From positions 33,790,001-33,854,000 of the forward strand of contig CM060732.1 in the NCBI GenBank assembly GCA_030704615.1: DNA of 64,000 nt, written 5' to 3'. The notes under the pieces are model-generated. The model did not search any database and was not told where the DNA came from. It saw nothing but the letters and a program-made list of their open reading frames with translations. Position numbers and translations under genes: made by a program. Of this stretch, positions 25,761 through 38,180 are shown piece by piece. Source of the stretch: Takakia lepidozioides (Eukaryota > Plantae > Bryophyta). Within the stretch, counting starts at the first letter, position 1. Every line of letters begins with the position of its first letter.

Positions 25761-27444
25761 CATGGCATAAAAAACGAAATCTATAGTCCACACTACCCAA
25801 GAAGTGACGAAGGAGAAAAAGCCAAAGCAGACTGAGAAGAGCCTTTGAAGAAGCAAAAGAAAGTAGAGGTGACCAGCAAAATGAAAGGACCAGCAAATGA
25901 GAGGGCAATTGAGAACCCTGACTACCACAGAAGGATAAGAGAAAATGTCCTATGTCGAGAAGGTGCAACCAGCGAAGCCAGAAGAAGAGGCTTAAACCAA
26001 GCCTTAGGTAGAAAACCCCGATGAACGATCCGAGGAAGAACCGAGAGGAAACTTGAACATGAACAAGAAACCAAGATAGAATGAGAAGAACAGCCACGAG
26101 CACTGAGACCTCTCGGAAGTGATTGGAAACACAAGCAGACTTAGAAACGGGCAGCATTACAAAATTAACATGACCCGGAAGAGCAGGATGCGAAGGGGGA
26201 ACAAAACTGCTACAGTCGTCGAGTCATCAAAGAGATTCAAGAACTGCAGAAAAATTAATGCAATATCTCCCTTCTCCAGTAAGAGCTGCCATTTGCCCTA
26301 GTCATCATGCCCAGAGAGAACCACGCCACTGCCACCGCAACCTAGCAAGATCTAGGCAAGGAGAACAATCCCGTTGGAGTTAGTGGGCACGCCTGAGCAC
26401 TAAAGCAAAGTAGGAAATTGCAAAAAGAAAAGTATCCTACCCACTGAGAGGCGGGGGACAAAAATGGTGACAGAAAGAGAACCAGAGGAGCAAGGTAGGC
26501 ACGCTTGAACACTAATGTGGAGACTACAGCTAAGAGATTGAAATAAAATTGAGGAGCCAGGAAGGGGACCAAATTAAGATGAAAGAAGGGAAGACAAAGC
26601 TCGAGCTGGAAGCTCTACTCAAAAGTGACCAACGGAATGAGAAAATCGAAGTATACTAGCGGGACCTCTAAGAGAAAAAGGTGAAGAGGGGGACACAGCT
26701 CCGGGAGCAAGCTGTCAATACTACACGCAAAACGAGGCAAACAGAAACGAGAGCCGACCGGCAAGACAAGCCCTAGAAGCATGCAGTCATAAGTGCCCAA
26801 TTCGAAGGACCCTGAAAAAATGAAGAGGGAGGAGACCGAGGAAAAAGCAGGATAATCATCTAAAAGCACCGTAGAATGACAATCAACATCTCATAAGTAA
26901 GAAGAGAATGCCTGCAGCTAAAGGGACGAGGCACAAGCTTCGAGACAGACTACCCACGACGAGCTTAACAACGAAGCCAAAGGCTGGAAAAAACTAAGTC
27001 CCAACACTACACTATCGTGGAAGTGCGGAGCCCTCACATCTGCCGCTAGACTCAATCGCAAACTTCAAAGCCGCTCTATTCCAACTTTAATTAATTCATT
27101 TTAAGAGGATGAATATTAGAAGATTTTGCCCTAGGAGTAGATGAAAGAGGGAAATAATTTTCATTTTAAAAAGTGAACTTTGGAAAAAAAAAAGGTGGCA
27201 ATTACCATAATGCAAAAATATTACAGTAGTGAATGCTAGTACTAACTACTTACTAATTACTAACTACTTACTAATGAAATTTAATGAAAAGTACCTAGGG
27301 TTCCAAATTCCAGAAAAATCAGATGAAGCTTAGATGAAAAAATTAATATTCATCATATATGCATTAAGCCTAGCAAACTTGGCGACCTCGGCCGGAATCA
27401 TTAAATACATGCGGTCCGTCGAAATAGAGCACCCTCTACCCTTA

Positions 27445-27806
27445 GGGCCGCTTTACACTAGGGCCAAAGCCCAAGAAATCATGGGCCCAATTTCTTTGGA
27501 CTGGTCTTGGGCCAACTTCAACGGTCATGATCGCACAAAAATAGTCTATTTTAATACCAAACTTTTTGGGCCCAAGAGCTGAGATTTGGGTCTCCATTCT
27601 AGGAGGTTCCTTTTTCTTGGTCCGGCCCAAGAAGTTGGTGCCAAAACTTGTGCCATGTAGGTGCCATGTAGGTAAATGACCCACTTCCATTTTCTTGGGC
27701 TTGGGCCGTAGTGTAAAGCCGTTGGGCACAATTTTTCACGCCTCCGCCAATGGGAATGCTCCATTCTCACTTGGTCTTGGGCTTGGGCCCTAGTGTAAAG
27801 CGGCCC
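27445..27806. mobile_element. PIF/Harbinger (Tourist-like) MITE, 362 bp
   Basis: TIRs GGGCCGCTTTACACTAGGGCC.../...GGCCCTAGTGTAAAGCGGCCC, with TTA TSD at 27442-27444 and 27807-27809. Confidence 0.9.
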
Positions 27807-28307
27807 TTATACACATGGTATAGATATGAAGTTGGGCCGGGGTCAAGGCATGTCGCCCGAAGAGCCCGCCACTATTTTCCATTTTTTAGCACATGTTGGT
27901 AGGGCAATGTTGAGTTGGCATTGACAACCTTGACAAATTAGTGCTAATTTTAAATAATGGGCCGGATGACGTGCGGACGGATTGCAATGTGGTTGAGCAA
28001 AGGATCAAGGTTTTCTTTTTGCAGAAGACAATCCGATTGATGAAGATGAGGACCTGATTGCAGATAGTGGCATGTTTGCCAATGAGGCTTGCAATCAGTT
28101 TCTTTTAACAAAGCTCGCTTCACTTTGCGTACTAATATCCGCAATGTTATTATGTAATGCAAAATCTGATTTTGCAACAGAATATTTATTTTATGTAATC
28201 AAGTATAACTCTAAATTAATATTAAAGATTTGGTGGTTATTTTAATTAAAATTTTGATTATTTATATCCGGGTTTATAACCGGCTGGTATTATGACTGGA
28301 ATACCCG

Positions 28308-28407
28308 GCGTTGATCATCATGTAGGTCTCCATGGCCCATAAATGAAAGGGGATTAATTTTCCCACCTCCTCAAAGGCCTGAATTGTGGGCTGTCGCTTC
28401 CAGGTTT

Positions 28408-28447
<40 letters not shown>
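28308..28447 (+). mobile_element. 5'-truncated SINE copy ending in a (TA)n tail
   Basis: Shares CGTTGATC..TGTAGGTCT..ATGGCCCATAAATGAA...AATTTTCCC.CCTCCTCAA with 42243-42310. (TA)n runs 28411-28447. Confidence 0.6.
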
Positions 28448-28450
<3 letters not shown>

Positions 28451-28510
28451 TTATTTATTTAAATTTAATTATAAATAAATTTAAAGTAAAAATTAAAAAA
28501 AAAACCGTCG

Positions 28511-28748
28511 TATTGATACCCGTCCACAAATAAAAAATCGTACTACTATTGAGAGCTGGCGGATATTAAAATTAAGTGAATATTCCAATACTATGGAACC
28601 GGCTGGTATTGAAAAATAATATAATTGAAATACCCATCCTATTGATACCCCTCCACAAATAAAAAATCATACTACTATTGAGAACCGGCGGATATTAAAA
28701 TTAAGTGAATATTCCAATACTATGGAACCGGCTGGTATTGAAAAATAA
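28511..28748. repeat. ~110-bp direct duplication
   Basis: TATTGATACCC...GGCTGGTATTGAAAAATAA occurs at 28511 and again at 28640. Confidence 0.85.
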
Positions 28749-29835
28749 ATTTTTCCAATACTACGACCTGGCTGGTATTAAGAAATATAATACCCGCCCA
28801 ACACTGATATAAACCACTTGGTAGCTTGTCAAAATTGTCTTCCAAATAAACTTAATAAAGTTTTCACGGCCACGCCCCCTGTTAAACCAAAAATAAAATA
28901 AAATAAAAAATAAATTATTGGTCTAAAAGCTTTCACATGCATAAGGTACCATACGTCATGTTAACAATGGACAATGGACAGAGCCTCTCGCGGTTTGCGG
29001 CTTGTTCATCTGAGATTCCCCTTCTGGGGTCTATACAAATACAGAAGAGTGATCAATGGAGTCGCGAACTGTTATCCTTGCTACTTACAAATATCTGCAT
29101 CTGCAGAATTGAATTCCACAATTTCTGTCAATATTTACAAGATCTAGGAAGCCTTCCCTGTGAAGGAAACTAATGAGAAGATTTTTGGTGTTCCCAACCT
29201 GTAGGGGGAGGGAGAGAGAGGGGAAGCCCGTCGAAAGAGTTCATATCAAGGAATTGAGATCCCTTTTCTTCAATACAGATATGATGCCGAGAGGCACGTC
29301 GCTGCGGGGGTGGTTTCCCTGATCCAGGGGTGGCAGAACACAACACTCCGCAAACTTGCTCCCACCTTATGCGTACGCATAAGGCAATGCTGTCACAATC
29401 TATGTGCACCCAAAAAATTGTTCAAAAGTGGTCCCGCTTGATAGACAGAGCAATCAGACCTTGTCGTCACTACTAGCCCTGTGATCAGTGTACTGAGATC
29501 ATATGAAGAGCTTACATCACAAGACTGTCAAAGCACTCTGAAGATAAAGTCCCAGACCTGAAGACGGATCTCAAGGTCAGATAGGCCCGCGAGGTGGGAG
29601 ATGATACAGCGCAGCGCATTGCCATGGGCCACCAACAGCACATTACGGCCCTCCTTCAGTCGTGGCTCAATGGTTCACTGGAAGAATCCAACAGACCTTA
29701 CCACTGTGTCCTGCAATACAAACTCACACCAGTTTAATGTTTTCTGCCCATTAATCATACCATGGATCGCTTTGGGCTCATACCTGACGTCCACAATATT
29801 TCGGAGCAAGGAAAGAAAATTAATGATCAGTCGGG

Positions 29836-30312
29836 TTGCGAGATGCTGCACCCGCAGGCCTTGGGGAATTGCAATACACTTGGTCTAACAATAGGGACCC
29901 CCCGGACATATGTCTTGCCCGTCACAATAGATACTTGGCTCGGCGGCTGATCTCTTCAATAGGGCTGAAACTGTCCCTATTGATTGAATCCTCCCAGGGT
30001 TCGACCATGCAACCATCCAAATTTTGTTTCATACCCCTGAAAGTAGCTAGAGATAGAGGTTATTTTAAACTCAACCCCTCTTTCCTGGCAGACCAAGCTG
30101 TCATCCAGACATTAATAGGAGAGTGGGGGAGGAGAAGGGAGGGGCAACAGATGTCCAGGCATTCTTCTCCAAAAACCAAGCAATCAAGAAGTTTTGTTAA
30201 GAGTTTTCTCGGGAAAAAACAGAGGAATCTACTCGAAAAGAAAATGCCTGCATGTCTGTCAATTTCAGATCCAAGCTGGTCCACAGACATTGACCTCCTA
30301 CAAAGCGCCAAA

Positions 30313-30343
<31 letters not shown>

Positions 30344-31665
30344 TTGCTTTAAACATTCCAAGGAATAGTTTGCCAAAATCAAAGCTAGTGTCCCCTTGTC
30401 TACTGGCCTTGGGAGGCCAATGTATGTATTTTTTTCATATCACGTGCGTACAAAGGTATATTTATATTAGGCTATATTTTTAAAATTTTACATTTTTTTC
30501 ATCCTATCTTTAGGTAATATTGTAAAACCTTTTGTTTCCTAACACCCTATTTTTCTTTATAATTTTCTTTTGCAACAATTAATTAGACCATATTTTAAAT
30601 TATCCATTTAAATAAGTGCACAATTTCAAAGCTTGTACACAAACAAGTACATTCTATACAGAAGTCAAATGTCGGACCCAAAAAAAGTTTATTTTTCATT
30701 AGAAAAACTCATTCAAAGCCTCAGCATCACTTGGATTTAAAGTATACAAGTTATGAGATGGTTCAAATGTCATAGTCACTAATAAGATTATGGTCTCAAC
30801 ATCAATCCAATGTGTATTACTGGAATCATATTTTGAACTTCATGTGACCTCTACATGATTTCATCATGATGGATTAGAGCTGGATGAAATATGAGAAATT
30901 GCACAAGGATGGATACATTATACTCTAGATAAAACCCTTTATTACATTAATTTTTTAAAGTAATTGTGACATTTATTTTAAAAAAACTGGGTGAAAGCAT
31001 ATTGCCCTACCATATTTTCCAAGTAAAACTTTTCTAAAATTTACCTTAAGAAAATAAACTACACCATATATTTGTTCTCACGTGGTTTTGACAATACGGG
31101 GAGTGACCTCCCCAGGTCTACTGGTCCCTGGGAGGAGTAAAAATGATGAAATATCTCTTTATAACGGTTGGCCAAAGAAGAGCTGCCAATTTGGTCCCTT
31201 CCCTCAAGGACTGCACTCCTTTGTGGATCCCAAATCTATCTCCAAAATCGCTGCAATTATTTCCAAGAATTGTTTGGAAAACGTGCACATTCTCATCTGA
31301 TAGCAGTAGCTAGAACAAGCCTCATGCAAGCTATCCCCTACTGCTTGTCTGCAAGCTGTGCCCAAAATTCTCTTGCTGCCCCCTTCTCTATGGAGGAGCT
31401 GGGTCAAGCAGTCGAGGCCCTAACCCCTGGCAAATGCTTGGGTTGGATAGCTTGCCTGTGCAGTTCTTCAAGGCTCTGTGGCTCACCATTGGAAAAGACT
31501 TCCTGTTTATGGCAAATGACATTTTGGGGAGAAAAAATCATGTCTTCTCAAATTTCCCAAGGATTTATCATCCCGATCCTCAAAAAAGGTGATGGAGATA
31601 ATATTGCTGAATACTGCCCAATCACCCTCCTCAACTTCATCTACAATAGAGAAGACTCTAGCCAA
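29836..31665 (+). pseudogene. Degraded L1 ORF2 fragments interrupted by AT-rich DNA
   Basis: YTWSNNR...LAR, GYFKLN, PFSMEEL...PGK and PILKKGD...YCPITLLN, similar to the LINE at 18.4-27 kb. Confidence 0.75.
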
Positions 31666-32517
31666 ACCAAGGGTACCCAGGGTACCCTAGGATACCTAGT
31701 GTATCGAAGGGGGGTTGGGTTCAGGGTGTCGCTTATTAGTAAATAGCTATGAGGGAACGCAGCACCGTGAGTGTATTGCCTTGAAGCATTTGTGGATAGG
31801 GGAGATAGGAATATCAAAGTTTTTGTGTAGTGCGTTGATGCTGGCATTATGTATGTCACCTCTAGTTCCGGCTGTGATGACAGATAGTGGGACGGTGTTC
31901 CAACCACGTTGGCGTATAGAGGACACAGTCTGGCGAGGTAGGGGGTTGTTATTCCATATGCACAGGTTGCGTGCATGCATGCACAAAATCCCTTATTATA
32001 TATGCATGTGACAAATTTGTATGCACACATTGTAGATTGTATGCAGTGGAGTTATATAACATAGAATACGACGTATTTATTGCATATGCAAATGTTACAT
32101 CATATGTATATATATAAAAAAAAAAAAAATCTTAACTAACAAAATCAGTAGTCAATGGTCAAAGATGCATGTGACCCTTAACTCCAACTAATGCACCACC
32201 TTAAACTGAAGAGAATACAAGATCCCTGGCCAAAGTAATAGTTTGCAAACTTGTATTCAAGGAAAACAGTTTCATATTAACCAAAATATGGACTTTTGTA
32301 CTAACAAATGCATATGTGTCATGTTTGAGAAAAAATTAATTTGAAAACTTGTATGACAGGTACGCAAGTTCCATTTTAACCAAAATAGGAACTTCTGTAC
32401 TAACAAATGCATATGTGTCATGTTTGGAATAAAGTAGTAACAAGATAATTACATGTCACATGCATGAAAATGAACGGCACAAGTTAGAGGTTCTTTTTTT
32501 GTGCATTTCATGTGTCA

Positions 32518-35270
32518 CTAAGAAGTTGAACTAGGGTCCTTCTTTAACATAGCCCTAACCTCTATCTGGCTAAGGGAAGGTTGGTGGATCTCATAAGCCC
32601 CGGCGCATCCTAGATGTGCGTTGTACATGAAGTACATGTGCTTACAAGGTAGATATGTTTGTTTTTTCTTCTTGACAGATAGCTCATCAAAGTCGGGACA
32701 ATCACAAGATGGAAACTGACCAATGTATACATTGTAAACCAATCCTGCCCTGGTAGATCCCTCTGTTTGTAGCTGGTAAATTCTCCCATAACCTGGCTGA
32801 GGCACATTTCTAAATCCACAAACCTCAGCAATAAGAGTCTCCGTTAACTCTTGGCGACTAAAGTGTCGAGGAGTCGATTCCCGACGCCGAATGCGCACCC
32901 CATAGCGTGTAGTGGGATACTTACCCACAGGAAGGACCACACCTTGATGAATATGTTGTTCCACTGGAAGTGGTCCCACATGAAAGTTCGGATCAGGAAC
33001 GTTGGGAGGATGGACTAGTCGAAAACCTGCAAGGGTCAAGTTGTCCACCTCTTCTTGTGTAAGGTTGGTTCCAACCTTCACACGTTAGGTATACCCGGTT
33101 TTCCCAAGCAATAGGATGGCACGATCCCTCGAACACACGACAAAACATCTGTGGGGCAAAACCAAAAAACTTGCAGTTTTGGTTCTTTCATGTTCGGTGC
33201 TAGTAACTTGCCAGTGAAGCAAGGTGCAGGACTTCCTTTACCTTTCCTGATGAGCGCTTTGCATTTATCTTTGGAGACTCCAACCAAGGCTGAACAACGA
33301 ACCATGGAAGCAAGACCTGTCCGCTGAATCCTGAACAATGCATCGGAAAAATCTTGTGCCTCTCGCACTGGATTTCCCCATTGCATTGGCTGAGGAGGGA
33401 TAGCAACATGTGGATTTGTCTCACAGAAAGTCGAAGAACCAGGAATGTCATGATTTGATTTGGAGCTGACAAACCTAGATGGCTGGTGTGGACTGGGCAT
33501 CCCAGTGGCGCGCACTGGAACGGTCTTTACATTCATATCACACCTCCAAGATTCGTTTGGCCCACCATGCTCATCGCCTAACTTGCGTTTGACTGGAACA
33601 ATGCGATTGTCTCCCTCCAATTGAACCCCCCTTGTGTGCATGGGTGTTCCAGCTACTATGCCACGTACAACCTTACCCATTTTTGCTGGGCTATTAGATC
33701 TAGCTGCTTGACGCAACATGAGATCCTCTTTGTCGGGCCCCGTCCCCCATGTCTTTCCTGTGGTGTGCCTGTAAAATGTTGCCTGCTGCAAAAGAGCTCG
33801 TGACATGTCATGCATGGTGGCGTCATATAGATCCACCTTCATTTTTTTTCCATTGCCTGCTGTCTTCCACCAAGTCGAATGGACTGCCTCAGACAAATTA
33901 GTGGTAGGCATATCTGTATCTGCCTCCACATCCATGTCCTCTCTCATCCATTGGCCCCACATTCGATATTTGTATTGCCACCATGCAAGCCATGAATCCA
34001 GTTTTGGCAGACTCTTTTCTGTACATGCTCCTAAAGAGAGCCACCAAGCCCAAATTGCAATGTATGTGGTTGTAGCATCCTCCAAGGTAGCACTATCTTT
34101 CCATTCATAACAGAGATGAGTGTGCCTTTCACGGAAGTCCTCCAAGATGTAGTCGTTGGTGTGTCTTCGGAGGCTTTCAACCCAATGATATAAACATGTT
34201 CTTTCTTTATCTTCCATTGGGACATTGGGATCAAATCCATAAACTCTTCGAACAGCAGCCCAATTCACTCTTGCTGCATCCGCCATGAAGCCAGCAAAAT
34301 TTGGTTTGTTCAAGCCAGCAAGTTTTGCTTGTTCATTGATCATCTCCCAGAATAACACCTGAGCATCTGCATCCTCTGTTTTCATATCGCAAATGGCAAT
34401 GGTCATCATTCGCTTGACATATGGTTCATAGACATGACACGCAAGAGTTGTCCAATCCTTGATGCGTTTGATATGGTCAAATACTACCCAACTTGTGCGT
34501 AGATCCCCCTCACTCATGCAACACACAATATCAACACCACTCCCGGGACCAGCAACAGACATCTTGAAAACATGGGGGAGATGAGAAGTATGCTGGCCTG
34601 GAAGGAGATTGTTGTGAATAAAATGGTATGTACTCAGACGCTTCAATTCCCATATGGACATGATGGAATTGACACGTGCAGATGCGACCTTGTTTTTCAC
34701 ATTGGGGCTACAAACATGGGCAAACTCTTCAAGAATGTCTTCCAAAGCCTCTCCCTCAAGACGTACTGTCTCTGTGCCATCAACCACAAGAACTTGATCA
34801 ATCAAGAGCTTCTGGGCCATTGACAAGGAAATAGCTCCCGGGGTCGACCATGGCTTCATCTTAACATGCTCTTGAATCATGCTTGATGCATTTTCCGCAG
34901 CCTCTCTATTCTCGCCCTTGGCACATGGATGGTTATGAAACCCAACGTGAACTGCAACACGTGTATATGTTGGAAGGAAACTTGTGACATAGTACATTCT
35001 TGCCCCACAATGCGCCTCACAGAAAGGTCTTTCTTTGCAGAAACTACACTTGAACTGGTTGAATGGAACTTGGGCTCCTACAATGAACACCTTGTCTGCA
35101 TTGCCTTCCCAATAGCGGTCATTCCGTTCTCCTTCTTTCTTGAAGAAGGGGCAAGTGCTGCTTTGACATATGAGCTTTCCAACACAAAGAACCTTACTAC
35201 ATTTCACATGATCTGGAACACCAGACATATTATAGGTATTGGTCTTGCACCAAATCAACATACATGTCAT
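32518..35270 (-). pseudogene. MULE (Mutator-like) transposase: GCM/WRKY-like Zn domain, DDE core, C-terminal SWIM; one frameshift near 33080
   Basis: CVGKLIC...CSFC...C...HVGFHNHP; D1 in VFDH, D2 in FMAD, CLYH (CxxH), E in TTNLSEAVH; SWIM CDCPDF...PCKH in 32518-33081. Confidence 0.88.
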
Positions 35271-35642
35271 GGGATTTGATTGTAAATAAATTGTGTCGTC
35301 TAGTGTGTCAGTTCATAGTTGGACGATTAATCAACGATTGGTTGTATAATAAATGGAAACATGCAGAGCATTTATGTTTCATATGCTCATAAGAAGAAGG
35401 CAGTACATTGGATTCTAAGTTCTCAACAACAGCGCCGTCGTCTTAAAAATAGGGGATAGTCCATTTAGTTGTTTCTGTCAGAGAGTAATATGGATGGAAT
35501 ACATGTCTCAAAAAATTTGGACCTTCTGGATTGATGATATACAGAAGTAATGTAAGCCATTTAATGTATTTGCATAAGGTCTTGCAAGATGTGCGCTTTC
35601 GTTCATTTTGCATCTCCTCTCAAACTTTGAGGGCATTGCCAA

Positions 35643-36150
35643 ATGTCTACACCAAAATATGCATTGCTTTCATGTCCACCCGATGCAAAAGTGGTTCGTT
35701 ATCCTTGCAATGGAGACAAGTGCATTATCCCAGAACGTTGGTTATGCAATAGATTCAAACTTGTTCCGGGTTCAATTTTTTTGGAGGATGATGGAGATGA
35801 TGATGCCTCCACAGTGTTGCTTCCAGTTTTCAATGACGGCCAAAAGCAATGGGAGTTGTTTCCAGACACTTTCTCCAAGTACCGTGTCACAGGTACGAGT
35901 TATACACAGTCACGTGATGAAAGACACACTTCTATTGCAAGGAAGAAGGAACAAGCTGCAACAAATGGGAGTTGTAAATTGAAGGATGAGGTTGCAGATT
36001 CGGCAAGCTTGGGGTCTCATAATTCGGATTGTGTTGAGGTTTCTAAGAGTGTATTTTGTGGATCTCAACCTTCCTCATCTGTTCATACGGTCTTGCTTCA
36101 CGACATCTTTGATTACTCATGTATGAGTAATGAGTACAAGTATTTGTGGC
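35643..36150 (+). pseudogene. N-terminal segment of the copy B transposase, locally inverted
   Basis: MSTPKYALLSCPPDAKVVRYPCNGDKCIIPERWLCNRFKL..FLEDD aligns with the copy C transposase start MAGNPSATVYCPPHEHRASFPCRGDICRVMEKYLCVRYHL..FLEEE (61171), but lies on the opposite strand to the rest of the B transposase. Confidence 0.7.
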
Positions 36151-36554
36151 GACAATTGACTCAAGAGAATAAATTGATTAAGACACCCATAACAAAATAT
36201 TCAGTTACTTTATCACTTACTTTATATTGTATTATGAAGGCGCCGCCACAAAGTAACATGTCAATCGTACAACCATCTTTTGAGGATCCACGTGTAACCC
36301 ATGTAGTCCATTAGTGTAATTGACAAAAATGTCTTGTTTTAAAATGTGTTTGAAAAAAACCTAGACAAATAGAATTAAAATTTTTAGGCTTGAGTCAAAA
36401 TAATTTTCAGATTTGAGTCGACGATTGACATGATGGAGCAATTGGTTTCAAAAAGCACTAACGCCAAAGTGTATAAAAAAAATTCACATTTCATATTTGG
36501 CCTTTTTAAGGCCTTAGTCTTCGCTAAGGCCCCCCCCTTTCCCCCCGCTCTCCT

Positions 36555-36620
36555 TGGCGGGCACAGGTTTGAACCCGCGACCTAGTGGAAAATACACCAC
36601 AACCTTACCACCAAGCCATG
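36555..36620 (-). other. tRNA-derived Pol III promoter-like sequence (A + B boxes)
   Basis: A-box-like TGGCTTGGTGG (36618-36608) and B-box GGTTCAAACC (36575-36566). No complete cloverleaf. Confidence 0.5.
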
Positions 36621-37069
36621 CTCTATTCAATGAAACAACCTCTATTTTTTTGTTAATAAACTGTTTCTATTCAGCTAAACTTGTTGCCATTACTACATGA
36701 CCAACCCGGTATCATTACTACACTAACGTACTCTAGTATACTTGCACATTATCCCTTGCCTTCCACCCCCCCAAACAAACACACACAAACTACACAAGCA
36801 CTTAACACGTCTCTAGTCTCTACACCCTGGAGACTCCCATTGCGAAGAGGAGATGGAGGCGCCGCATCTCGTCCTTATACTATACCACCCCGAGGCAACG
36901 AGTTGTTGCGGCGATGGGGAGGAAGAAGGACACTCGAGGGGGAGGCGTTGCTACTGGTGGTGGTCGTGGTAGAGGCAAGCTGCGGACGGAGAAGGTAAGC
37001 TGCAGTTTTGTTCCTGCACTTAGGCATATGCACCATCGCATAAGCCCCACCAAGCTGCTCCTAATCTAG

Positions 37070-38180
37070 CACCTCCGCCGGCGCAGATGCCTAAGTCACT
37101 TCAACTCTCACAGGTTTGAGAATCTCCACACATATACACAACCGTCTCCACCGGCGGAGACAACTCATTCCTCTTGGTTTTTTCTTATGTTTGGAAGGGC
37201 TGGGCTACCACCTCCGCTGGCGCATATCGTTGGAGCTGGGATGCTCACATGTTTCAGGAAGTGCTCCTTCACTCCAATCCTGTTTATTTTTTCGCATGCT
37301 CATACGTTGCTGATGCTCCGAGAGGGTTGGGCTGGCGTATCCGCCGGCGCATACCCGTGCAGCAGGGCTGCTCAAATGTTTCAGGAAGTTCTCCCCTTTT
37401 CCATCTCCTTTGTTTTTCCACATGCTCAAAAGTTGTTGATGCTCCGAGCGGGCTAGGCTGGCATATCCGCCGGCGCATACCCATTGAGTACATTCTTTTT
37501 TTGCTCAGCTCATAGGTTTCAGGAACCTCCTGCAAGCGTCTCCACCAGCGGAGACACTTGGAGCTTGGTTTTTTTGCATATTCCTTGTGTTACGGAAGCT
37601 CCAAAGCGCCAAGGCTGCCACCTCTATCAACGCAAACCCGTGGAGCAGGGCTGCTCATATTTCAGGAAGTTCTACCCCCCTTCCATCTCCTTTGTTTCTC
37701 CGCATTCTCATAAGTTGTTGATGCTCCGAGCGGGCTGGGTTGCCATATCCGCCGGCGCATACCCATTGAGCACAATCTTTTTTTGCTCAGCTCCTAGGTT
37801 TCAGGAACCTCCTGCAAGCGTCTCCACCGGCGGAGATGCTTGGAGCTTGGTTTTTTGTTGTATATTACGTAAGCTCCAAAGCGCCAAAGCTGCCACCTCC
37901 GTCGGCGTAGACGCTTGGGGAACCTTCCTTATTTTGGTTGATCACAGTATTCAAGTATCTCAATGCTTCTACTTTGCCACCTCCACAACTCCACATGCTT
38001 CCATAGGCCTGGTTTGATCTTTCAAGGTGCTCCTGTATGTTTGGCTACAACCTCCTTTCCATGGTATGCGCCGACGCATATGCTTGGAGCTCCTTGAGCA
38101 AAAATTTCTTCAAGGGCCTCAAAGCTTGTGAAATTCTGAGTTAGTTGCACATATGTGTCATATGCGCCGGCGTAGGTGTT
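37070..38180. repeat. Array of at least 11 CGCCGGCG-type palindromes within larger duplicated units, in intron 1 of cargo gene B
   Basis: TCCGCCGGCGCA, CTCCACCGGCGGAG and TGCGCCGGCGTA variants near 37074, 37146, 37213, 37340, 37466, 37540, 37748, 37823, 37897, 38067 and 38163. Confidence 0.8.

Larger units (their letters stand above)
18378..27071 (-). mobile_element. Full-length L1-clade LINE (decayed ORFs)
   Basis: TSD CGCTCTATTC at 18368-18377 and 27072-27081, a poly(A)-like tail at 18378-18400, and ORF1 + ORF2 on the minus strand. Confidence 0.9.
18236..28806. mobile_element. Probable non-autonomous hAT-like element into which the LINE, MITE and SINE inserted
   Basis: CAGTGTTGG at 18236 and CCAACACTG ending at 28806. 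CTGGTATT/CCAATAC subterminal motifs occur near both ends. No 8-bp TSD found. Confidence 0.45.
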
